Shown here: positions 54,201 through 64,000 of the stretch, piece after piece
Layout: each line of letters begins with the position of its first letter
How positions within the stretch are numbered: the first letter of the stretch is position 1
DNA from: Phoronis australis
Taxonomy: Eukaryota; Animalia; Phoronida
Assembly (NCBI GenBank): GCA_002633005.1
Contig: NMRA01000329.1
Location: 147,219 to 211,218 of the forward strand
Direction of reading: 5' to 3'
Length of the DNA: 64,000 bases
Notes under the pieces: generated by a model
The model's input: only the letters and a program-made list of their open reading frames with translations
Databases searched by the model: none
What the model was told of the DNA's origin: nothing
Program-made: the position numbers and the translations under genes

Positions 54201-57200
54201 ACACACTAGTGGCATCTAAAAGTAGATATTAGAAGTTCGTGCCATTGGGAAATGCGTGAGAAACACTGGAAGGGTCTTTAAGCTTAAGTTACTGCAGTGC
54301 TTGTAGTTTGCTGAAAACTTAACCTGTTCGCTCTTAAGCCACATATGAAAACATGTTAAAATGCACCAACACCTTCACTTGTTAATGCAACTCACATTGA
54401 CCTCTGAAATCCAATGTTTTGGGGCGTATTTGGATTGCCGAATCTCTATGAGTCATCTACACCAACAGAAACATTGAAACTGGCTTGATTTAAACTGCAA
54501 AGTTAATTATTCCAAAAGTCATTTGAAATACGATCTTAGCAATAAAATAGATTCATGAGCGTTTCATGTTTTATTTGTCACAAATTTGAAGATATATGCA
54601 CCTTTTCTGTGATTCTGTCACGAGTTTTGTAATTGTAGCTATGACTTGCACTGTTCCAATACCAAAATTCTGCACACGAAGTATTGAGAAAACAGCAGTG
54701 GTCGTGGGCACAACTGTAAGTTTCACATGTGATTCTGGCTACGAGTTTCCTGATCACAGCACTATTGTTAACTCCATGTGCATTGCGGATGAAACATGGT
54801 CGACGGTTTTAAGTAATTGCACAGGTGAGTAGGCCTAAACAGCTTTGTACTAGGTGCCACGTAAAATAAAACTGTGTTGTTAAATGTTTCGTAACTTCTG
54901 ACTGCAATGCTATTTTGTACATTTATTGTCCCAGCAATAAAGCATGGAGTTGAGGGAAGCTCTGGAGTTTTACGTACCCCTCATACACACTCTCAAGTTA
55001 TGTTTATATTTGGAAAAAGTCAACCAATTGGTGAGCTACATATATACAGATCAGAATATTGAGTTTGTCAGATTTTTGCGAAAATTGGTTAAGCTGTTCC
55101 TGGACTTAAACTCCTGGCCAGTAAACGAGAAGTCGGGTGATTCAAATCTCACTCCACCGGGCCTACTGAGGTGGCGACACGCCTTCGGCCCACACAGCTT
55201 CTCCGCTACCCTTGTTATCCCGAAATGGTTCTTCTTTCAACACTCAAACGGCTGTGCATTAGTGACAGATTTTGCTGTTAGTGTTCGGAAAGTCGCAGAA
55301 CTTTTCCATTGGATAGTGCAACACACGTTTTTCCAGTCGCCAAGACTCAAAAAGTTTCAGCGCTGAGCGTGACAAGCACGGAGAATACCACCGTCAACGA
55401 GAACGCAACTGTAAGTTTCGCATGCGATGCTGGCTACGAACTGTCCGATTATAACACTGCAGTAATGTCTACATGTGATGAACGTGAAACGTGGTCGATG
55501 GGGTTGGATATTTGCACAAGTAAGTGAGACAAGTCCTGCTTTAAAAAGAACAAAACTTTTCAACCTTGGACTGTTCAAATGTGCAGTTTATTCTATTTGC
55601 AGCTTTTCCACGACCAGACTCTCGATTCGAACATACTCAGAGTAAATATTTCTTGGAAGAGATGGACGTTTAATTTATCTCACCAAGTCCATACTGTACA
55701 TTCAAATGACAAATTTGTATTGTTCGGGAAACAAATGTAACGGTTAAGTTTAAGTGTGTCGATAGTACAGAGATCGAAATGTATGGTAATCACGTACATG
55801 TACAGTAGATGTGTAAATTCCTAGTTACACACCGATATTACAAAATCAAATTACTATATTTCATGGATATCGAGTAAAAGTGAAGCTGCTAAAACATCAT
55901 GACAATTCAGAAAATCGGCCATCTAACAAAACGTTTGTTTTGTGGTAAATTTGGAATGGTCACGAACATTATATCGTGTGTCATGAAGAGTGGCGTAAGA
56001 AGGAAATTTGGTCTCGCGGTCCCCTAAGGTTAACTGTACTATTACATATTTAGAAATAAATGATACAAAGTATCACAGTAGCCAGAAGTAATGGTGTATT
56101 CACAAAGAATTTGTATTTTGCGAAAGTGAGATATTATTTTTCAGAAAACTTGTTTTTACATGTAACTCAAGACCAGATTTCTGATTGATGTCTTAAATCA
56201 CTTTTAAGGAAACAGACCTCTGGTCTTCAGTAAGTGTGAGAACTCGAGCCATCACCAGGTTTGTATCATTCTAAATAAAAACAACTTAGATCCTATTGCG
56301 TGAGACAATTTTGTTATCTTTTTCAAAAGAGCATCGCTTAACGGCGATATGCGCAGTTCCGACAATAGACTTGGGCACTCAGAACTCCACGTTCAACATG
56401 AACACAACTGTAAGTTTCTCATGTGAAGGCGGCTTCACGTATCTCGACCACAGCACAACGGCAGAGGCCACTTCCAAAGAGTGCGAAACATGGTCGACAG
56501 GAGTAAGCAATTGTACAGGTAAGTTATCTTACGCATATCCCGCACATCGACCTACTGTAACCATTGAAGTGAAAGTTCACAATTAACTCAATGTTTTATG
56601 CAAGAGTAAGGCGTTCCAAAGCAATTGGTATAATTAGACTTCCAAAGTTTTCAAAACATGTATTCATGTATACACATAATATTAATCATTAAGAGGGTTT
56701 TTGAAGTTTCAGTCGTGACATGCCCAGTTCCAGTACATTGGTCAGTTATTCGTCTTTACTACAAAATACCACTAATAAAAAATTGATGTGAATCATTTTT
56801 GTTTTCGTATTGTGATTCCATGAACCTATGATACTATTTTAGTTATGACATGCGCAGCTCCGACATCAGAAATCAGCACCACTGAGAACATCACAGTCAA
56901 CTTAACTGTAAGTTTCATATGCAATGCCAACTACGAGCTTCCCGGTCACAAAATCACGGTAATGTCTAACTGGACTGGACGAGGAACATGGTCGGCGGAT
57001 GTTAAGAATTGTACAAGTAAGTTACTTAACAGAAGGGAATTTGAATTTTTTCAAAACAACCAGTGTTAGGTTATTTTGTAATCTGAAACGATTGCATTTC
57101 AAATAACATACTTAAGGCTGTAATGTAACTGCAATGTTTCCAAATTATTTTTATAATTATTTTAATATATTATAATATATTACTTCAGCATGTTACGTGT

Positions 57201-57443
57201 AGTTCACCTGCTGCACGTAACATCGTTAATAAAAATTTACATTCCGTCATTTTTCAGTGATAATATGCCCTGATACAACGCCAGATTTCATCATCACAAA
57301 CACCGGGAACACATCAGTCAAAGTGAATCCAGCTGTAAGTTTAGTATGTGATGGTGGAAATAAGATGTCCGATCATAACAACACGATAAACTCCACGTGT
57401 ACTGGGCAAGAAACATGGTCAACTGATGCTCATCGATGTATAC
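45238..57443 (+). CDS. Secreted FN2 + sushi/CCP-repeat glycoprotein, paralog B; exons 45238-45295 (signal), 53408-53575 (FN2), 54639-54824, 55337-55519, 56330-56518, 56843-57016, 57258-57443 (sushi); 3' end uncertain
   Basis: Signal exon MFHNGFVPCLVALALLAVT|gtaagt, 58 bp as in paralog A. FN2 DGKIDTFGGNSDGAMCVFPFVYNYRTYYGCITLDKQQPWCATTSNYDNDQKWGYCA. Five sushi exons with AG/GT ends, lengths divisible by 3, all phase 1-1, in the same order as paralog A. Confidence 0.9.
46076..46491. mobile_element. Mutator-like MITE with a 9-bp TSD
   Basis: TIR GGATTGTTTTAAAA / TTTTGGAACAATCC, flanked by cagttttgt and cagttttgc. Subterminal cgaccc/gggtcg repeats. A related right end is at ~24855-24920. Confidence 0.75.
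47258..47396. repeat. Long imperfect palindrome (~60-bp arms), hairpin-type MITE
   Basis: acgtaaatgaaacaacaagcatggatcactgaaat...tgatataat / attatatca...atttcagtgatccatttttgttgttttatttacgt. Confidence 0.8.
48612..48762. mobile_element. 151-bp MITE with CAG...CTG ends and an apparent 5-bp TSD
   Basis: taaag|CAGTGGCGGAT ... ATCCGTCTCTG|taaag. Confidence 0.7.
51273..51315 (-). ncRNA. Minimal type I hammerhead ribozyme (PLE-associated), GCAA variant of the GAAA core
   Basis: ATGGC-CTGATGA-AGTCCTC-GAGA-GGAGGAC-GCAA-CG-TA-GCCAT: stem I ATGGC/GCCAT, stem II GTCCTC/GAGGAC, palindromic ACGT stem III, GUA cleavage triplet. Confidence 0.75.
52129..52171 (+). ncRNA. Second copy of the minimal hammerhead ribozyme (stem I weakened: GTAGC)
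   Basis: gtagc-ctgatga-agtcctcgagaggaggac-gcaa-cgta-gccat. Confidence 0.65.
53408..53575 (+). CDS. Fibronectin type II domain exon, paralog B
   Basis: ttttgtatcag|...|gtaata, 168 bp, canonical FN2 Cys/aromatic pattern. Confidence 0.95.
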
Positions 57444-57784
57444 GTAAGTTGCATTGCTAATATACATTATTGCAAAGTGAGTTATTTCCGGTATCTAGAC
57501 CCAAAAGTTCCGGTAGTTATTTGCGGTTCAGGCTCTTACTGTCGGTAATTGCAAATTGATAAGATGGCACCGACTATCAAGGGTCGTTGAATAACAAGCC
57601 AGCTGTGAATAATAAATGTATAAGGCAGCAGGAGAAAATGTCGGCTAATGGAGGCTGGATGCGAGACCAGGGGCTGTTTTCTTACTTTGTGTCACTCTAA
57701 CATTCCGATCACCCAGATTCGCACGACTGTTTGATCGAGCGATTTCTCTTCGGCTTGATTGCAGCACTACGATCCGAGTGAAAA

Positions 57785-57945
57785 CAAGTCCACCCTATAC
57801 CAGTAGAACAAATCCACAGACCCGGACCCCAAGTCCATCCTATACCAGCAGAACAGGTGTTACAAATCCACAGAACCGGACCCCAAGTCCACCATGTACC
57901 AGCAAAACGGGTGTTACAAATCCACAGACCCGGACCCCAAATTTC
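57785..57945 (+). repeat. 54-bp minisatellite, ~3 units (first unit 45 bp)
   Basis: Unit ccaagtccatcctataccagcagaacaggtgttacaaatccacagaaccggacc. Confidence 0.9.
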
Positions 57946-58389
57946 TATTCACGTCCCAAATATATTTCATTCACGGTGGCCAAACTCCAGTCCCGGGACA
58001 CCATTCCAGTCCCAGGGATTAGAGCAGTTGAGAAGTGACTCTGAAGAACAGTCAACTGATTGGCTCAGCCCGCGCCAGCTAGTGCTACTGGATATAGACC
58101 AATCTATCCACGTGGGAGAAATGTCTGCATTAGATCGGCTTAGTCGTGATACCAGCAGTGTCATTCACAACTGATTTCGTACTTCTTGGGTATTCAGAAT
58201 AATTATTGTTTGGCAATTTTGGCTGTGGCATTGTATTGGCCTTCTCAGGTTTTCCAGATTAGTTTTGATTTCATATCTGGCTCAGTCACCTACACGTACA
58301 TGTACACTGTACACCGACAGTGATATTGTTAATGTACTTACCAAAATGTGTTTTCTGCTGACAAAGCCAGAGATCTTTAGTTGACCACT

Positions 58390-59530
58390 GTCTTCTCCCT
58401 TTACAAATAATTATCATTCCTCACCATATTGTTACCAGCTTCCTCAGTCGTTTCAACCCACAGTGTTGGCCATGACACTGCGCGTCTACGTGTTGCCACC
58501 ATTCATTCTGTCCAAGGCGGTACCACTACCAACAAGGAGACATCTGCCTCACACAACTTTGTTACGGCCGCTGTTCTATCCTTTCCTCGCAATCCTACAG
58601 TCTGTAATGAAGTCCTTGTTGACCTAACAGGGGTACTGCTGCATCCCACCTCTACAGGAAACAACCACACCTACCAGTCTCTCTCACGACAATTATTCAC
58701 CAGCTCTATGTACTTGCTGACTTTTCTCTCATGTTCTTCTTTACAATCAAATTCCCAATGCACCGTCATTTCCACGATGACCACTCTTCTAATTGTCAGT
58801 CACACCACCCAAGTTGTAGAATTTAGGATGCAGTATTGACCCGTCTGACACTTTTAGTGCTCCCCTACTGTCCAAAACTGTATTTTTGTCTGGCGTTTGG
58901 TTGTGTAGCGTCGCTCTTTGCCCAATATATCTGCTAGTGACATTAGAACTTGATCATGCCGCCAAATATACCGACCTTGCTGAAGTAAGATTTTAGAAGC
59001 AGGCAGGATGTGAGGCAATCTAAAGCTAGTCCCACACAGATGACATGCTGGGTCATGCACCAGACTCAGCGCTGAAAATTTGACAAAACTGGTAACACGT
59101 GATATACGGATCGAAAAAAGAAACTAAAAATTCTCATGGGATCCATCTTCCACAATTTATTCCACGTCAACTTCATTTATGTCAGATCCTACATTGTCCA
59201 CGCACATTCTTTTCCGAGATGAACTGCTCTGTTCCTTCTAACATCCTTTACTACTTCTTCCTGGACCAACTCTGTATTTCTGTTGAGCTACTCAACTGTT
59301 GAAAATAACAGGCTTCCAGATATTGTCGCTCAACTCGCTCGTTTTCAACTATTTCCCAATTCAGCAACATTTCTTCTTCTTGACTCCCTGCAGTACTCGC
59401 TGGCCATTTTCATCATTGACTCATACAAAATTTCCGTAAAAAGCGTTATGTCGGCGCTGCTGTCCACTATCTTACTTTTATATTCTTGGGTATGGGTAAT
59501 GAAACGGTCTCTTACTTGTGATTTTTGAAA
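58390..59530 (-). mobile_element. Hero-like non-LTR retrotransposon 3' fragment (CCHC knuckle plus restriction-like endonuclease)
   Basis: DPACHLCG...PHIL...QGRYIWRHDQVL, followed by VVIVEMTVHWE...EEHERKVSKYIELV and VWLFPVEVGC; frameshifted. Confidence 0.85.
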
Positions 59531-61181
59531 GAGTTGTATAGATAATTCAGCGACAATACGTTTCAGTCTAAAGAAATGTTGGCATCACTTTCTCGAGCGG
59601 CCATTTTTGCCATTTATGATATGGATTTTCTGGATTAGTGTGCATACAAAAAGCCGCATTTGTTAGATTATTCCCTTATAACTGCCTCGAAGGAAAAATG
59701 TCCTCTTTTATGAAGGTTCTACTATCATTTATTTGAATATGAGCATCCAGGTAATGGGCCATGTGCCTGCATTCACACATTTTCTGGCAGAACATTCTTT
59801 ATAGTACAGTAATCTTGCTACAACGGTTGGTAATATAGTGAGATGTTATGATAAGAGCTTGTGATAAGTAAAAATCCTGGAGGAATATTATTAAAGCCAA
59901 TGACCTTGGTCTTTCTTAAACATATATAACTGGCATTTTAGAACTGTACAGCGTGATGCCTGTCAAGTATTGATGCCTATTATGCCAGTATCTGAAGCTC
60001 CCCCTTGGGCTTGATCGAAAAATGCGCTTATTTTAAGCTGTAACAGTAACAGTGATTAAAAGTCCAAATATTTTATCTATTTTTCATTCTTTTCACCTCG
60101 GAATAAACTCATGTGATGACATAAAGTATTGAACAAATCAAAATTATAAACATACATCATCAAGAAAGAATTATGGATCTTTAAATTTCGACAGTCTACC
60201 AACGGAAAAGGGGGTTCACTTGACAGGGCTTCCTAGTAGAACGGACGGAGTATTAATCCAGATTTTTGAGAATTTCGTGTAACAGTAGGGATCTTACGAT
60301 ACCTCCGTCCACCGTTTGCGCGTCTCCATGCCGCCGCCAGATTTAGAGGTGGCAGCCATGCAAACAAGAAACCACTGATCCGGGCCTCTTTTAGCCAGCC
60401 ATTTTATCGAAATGTTCTGCTCCGCTAACCTCATCTCTTTTAACACTACTGTAGAGGTACATTTGACATCAGTTCTTTGTCCACCTACAAACGATTTCAC
60501 GCCATGAGCAAGTGGAGCGTCGTTTGCCTTTGTTTAGTGGCCAACTGGACTCAGTTTTATTAAAAGAAATCGATAGCCAACTCTCTTTATAGACATCAGG
60601 GCCGAGTTGCATAAAGCTTCAAAAATCATCCGCTGGATAAGTTTGATTGTTGCATGACGTCAGGTGCATTGTTCAACAATAACAACGTGGCGCGTGATCA
60701 TGTTTCTATACGGCGTATAACTTTTATGCAACTGGGTCCTGATGGAGGTGTTGATGCTCCAAATGTATTCGCAGCAGACACCCACTGCCTTGCAATGTCG
60801 TCAAATGTAGTTTCCCACACACTTGTCAATGCCCTAGTGAGCATTAAAGGCGAAGGCAACCTTTTTCCATGTCATTTTGAGCTAAAATAAGGTTGGCTGG
60901 TTATCCTAGACATATTTTTCACTTAATTACAGCTTTTCGTAATTTTATTACTTACTCGTCCGCTTTTCCGGAAGTGACGTTTTAGGAGTCAAGCGCTTCC
61001 CGCCACTTGGTTTTGCGTTGAGCTTACTGTGCGAATCTGTTCTATTCTACTTTTGTTTTGTGCTATTTTTCACCAATTGTCGCCACCACTTTCCATCGGC
61101 GAGTATTCTGCGGCAAGATAGGTTAGTAGAGAACTCATCAGCGTTGGATTTAGGGATTGTTTAGTGTGTTGTAAGCTGAAA

Positions 61182-61458
61182 ATGGCTGGAGTCGGTGACC
61201 CGTATCACAGTGACAGTAGTGTGAGTGACGGAGACCTTGTTCACAGCAGTGGTGACGAGGAATTTTTTCACGGACATTCAGTGGGTGGGTACATGTTTGA
61301 GCCCGAGTACAACGAGGCAGAGTACACACAGGCACAGGCAGCTGTTGAGAGAAACGAGGCGGCTACTGAAGACAGACGTGGTGACACATCTTGGTGCAAA
61401 TGCACTGTGTGCGTTGTTATGCCTACCTCAATTGAATGCTTGTGCTGTTCCGAGTTCC
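61182..61458 (+). pseudogene. KolX-like accessory protein (P2X7 cytoplasmic-tail/nanor-like Cys-rich domain), truncated
   Basis: Acidic N-terminus, GYMFEPEY, RRGDTSWCKCTVCVVMPTSIECLCCSE; the sequence then switches to antisense transposase. Confidence 0.88.
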
Positions 61459-62523
61459 ACATCAATTATCTTTTTGGTCTCTTCCTCCATTAGAGTGTAT
61501 GTGGTATACTTGGCGGACCGCCCTGGTGAGTCAGACAAGTTCTCCTTCTCCATGAATTCCGCCACCAACTCGAGATGTTGTGACATGTATGCGTCATTGA
61601 CAACTGGTATTAAATAGGAATTCTGAATGTTGTTGAATGTTGTTTTCGAAAAAAAACTTGACTTTTCCAAAGTCCATCATTGTCTTCACCGACTGAAACG
61701 TGTTTCCAGTGAAGAGCACACCACTGGACATGGTTAAGTGGACCTCCGGCATACCACGGACAGAGGAACAACTGTCCCACTTGCCAGAGTGTCCCGTGAC
61801 ACACTCCCACTGGATGGTGACCTGAGCACCCAAACTGCTTACATTGTGTCGTGTGACTCCCTCGCCACACACCTGGCACCTTCTAAATAGCTCCAACACT
61901 TTAGACAAGTCCACAATAAACTTATCAAAGTTTGGCTCACCGATCTGTTCACTGGACGACGAACTGTCCTCTTCACTGGGTGTCGAACTGGGCCTGTAAT
62001 CACTCCCACTACTCAATATCGCTGCAGGGCTGCTTAGAGGCTCTGGGCTGGAGAAAACAGCACAGGGCGAATCACTACTGGTTCCAGGAATTGCACGCTC
62101 TGGGGTACGTTCGGAGGCACGGGTGACAGTAGATGAAGTGCCTCCACTGGCTCCAGTCACTGTACTGGCCACAGCTCGCGAGGCTTCTCGCTTCAAAAAC
62201 GCACTTCTCGGGGGTGGCGACGGGGCACTGCCGGGAATCAACACAGACGGAATGGCATCCTTCTTCAAGCGTTGTTTCGCGGGGACCTTCATCAGTTCAG
62301 CGTACAAATCCCTTTCGTAATCGGACGGCAGAAAGTGCTTGCCACACACACGGTAATTCTCCACTGCTTTGTACGTTGCGTGGACGGGTAACGCTGCGTT
62401 CTTCACACGAACGAGCCAAGTACGGCGAAGTGTGTCATCCATCGGAAAGCGATGCAAAGGCACTCCCAAAGCGCGCGTGAGCCGATAATTACTACATCCC
62501 GGTACGCAGCAACAGTGTGGCAT
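61450..62523 (-). pseudogene. Kolobok transposase 5' part: THAP domain, CxxC...CxxGH finger and start of the DDE domain; frameshifted at ~61655 and truncated
   Basis: MPHCCCVPGCSN...LHRFP...W...RVCGKHF...LKKDAIPS (THAP), RCQVCG...WECVTGHSGKW, DSPGRSAKYTTYTLME...KKIID. Confidence 0.9.
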
Positions 62524-64000
62524 GTTGACTGACTAGTAAATGAAAGCGAACGACGACGGAACTTAACACAACCGAGGTAGAACAATGACTGACTCGGCAG
62601 CTCTCACAGTCAGACTATGTGAAAAGAAATTGGCGGGAAGCGCTTGCCTCCTAAAACGTCACTTCCGGAAAAGCGGACGAATAATTAATAAAATTACGAA
62701 AAGCTGTAATTAAGTGAAAAATATGTCTAGGATAACCAACCAACCTTATTTAAGCTCAAAATGACATGGAAAAAGGTTGCCTTCGCCTTTAAGTTCAACC
62801 AAGGAAGTGAACAGTATTGCGCATCCGTGCACTGAGCAATATATCACCAACTTTGGCCAGGGCAAGTTTATATTCAAAAAGTGGCTCACTCACATTGATA
62901 AAGACCTCTTGACAACTAAAATTCCCATTTTCAAATGATTTTTATAGCATGAAATCATAATAAGAAAAAAATCCGATCGTTTATTATTTTAACTTTTGTT
63001 CATCGTCTACAATTTCAATTCATTTTGGTAGAGCTTGGTATATCCTTGCCAATAAGATAGTTTAAGTTTAGGTCAGTACTCAAATTAGGTGGTACGACAA
63101 AGCGAGTGTCCCCACGAGTGAGGTAATGTTATTTCTTAGAAAATTAAGTTTTTGGACTTGTACTTACACAGTATCGGATATCAGTCCCTATTCTACACCC
63201 ATTAATGCCGATATCAACGCTGAAATTTTTGCATGTTTCAAACAAAAATTTCAGGGGGTATTAAGCATAGACGGAGAGGCCAATGAGTTCATTGTGGTGG
63301 TTGGTGCCGCTTGAGTTGGATATGAAACCACTTCTAAATTTGTAGCCAATTCTTTGACGGGTCATGTAGATTCTTTTTGATTTCATACATCTAGGTTCTC
63401 TCAGAAAGTGCTACTTGACGCTTTTGCATTATTATACAATGTTTAAGCGTTCAGTCAAAAAGGACTTTTAATTTGTGTCAATAACTTTTGCAAAATGTTT
63501 TCATTTTGTTCCTTAGTCAATGTTAAAATGATATCTGGGATCGGGAATAACTGAAAGTTCATTATTGGCTCAATATCGTCCATGTCTTAACTTGAGCATT
63601 TCAGCTTAAGTTTCAAACCAAAAATTCAAGATTTTCACACGTTGGATTCGTTTGACGAATTGTTGTAAACAATTACACCTCTTTATATGGCAAGAAGATA
63701 ACAGTTTCGTTTTAGAAGAAACTATCAAAGAAAACATGTTTACGAGACGAGGGCATGGTCTGTAGCTGTTTTAGATTGTTGTTATACACATATATTGTAT
63801 TATAACCGTGTCATCACAAAGTGATGATTAGTAGTTGAAATAGCTTTGAGTGGCGCTCACTCAGGACAATTCGAGAACGGTACAAGGGGCTTCTGAATAA
63901 GGTGTTATAGACACAATTGAGCTCTGAAGCAAGCCCTTGACGAGTCGACGTCGTAATTCTCCAGCCTCTATCACGTCATTCGTTCCGCGTGCGTGTTACT

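Larger units (their letters stand above)
60848..62788. mobile_element. Kolobok DNA transposon, internal-deletion derivative with 158-bp TIRs and a TTAA TSD
   Basis: TTAA|AGGCGAAGGCAACC... (60848-61005) and ...GGTTGCCTTCGCCT|TTAA (62631-62788), near-perfect TIRs enclosing two convergent truncated ORFs. Confidence 0.93.

Noticed and set aside
57785-57945. CRISPR-like array
   Set aside because: Contiguous tandem units with no unique spacers, in eukaryotic context with no cas genes.
61182-61493. Host P2X7/nanor-like gene
   Set aside because: It lies inside transposon TIRs, is truncated and has no P2X channel domain; it is the Kolobok accessory ORF.

Overview
AT-rich, intron-containing animal DNA, most likely a marine invertebrate (inferred from gene content and transposon mix; species cannot be determined). 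Host genes: (1) the 5' half of a pancreatic-lipase-family gene on the minus strand (5 clear exons, 501-4848, GHSLG and LDPA motifs, runs off the left edge); (2) two tandem plus-strand paralogs (19343-31367 and 45238-57443) that the ORF track mostly misses, each built from phase-1 exons encoding a signal peptide, one fibronectin type II (FN2) domain and five N-glycosylation-rich, partly degenerate sushi/CCP modules. Most of the rest is nested transposon debris: two CR1/L2-type LINEs, an AcademX-like transposon split by a TTAA-flanked insert, two internally deleted Kolobok elements (THAP transposase plus a convergent KolX/P2X7-tail-like ORF), a Penelope-like insertion with inverted arms and minimal hammerhead ribozymes, a Hero-like RLE LINE fragment and several MITEs. 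TACATGTA is about 10-fold over-represented, and one filled/empty site pair suggests Tc1/mariner excision footprints. There are two assembly gaps (25172; 51814-51912). All exon models were derived by hand and have no transcript support.
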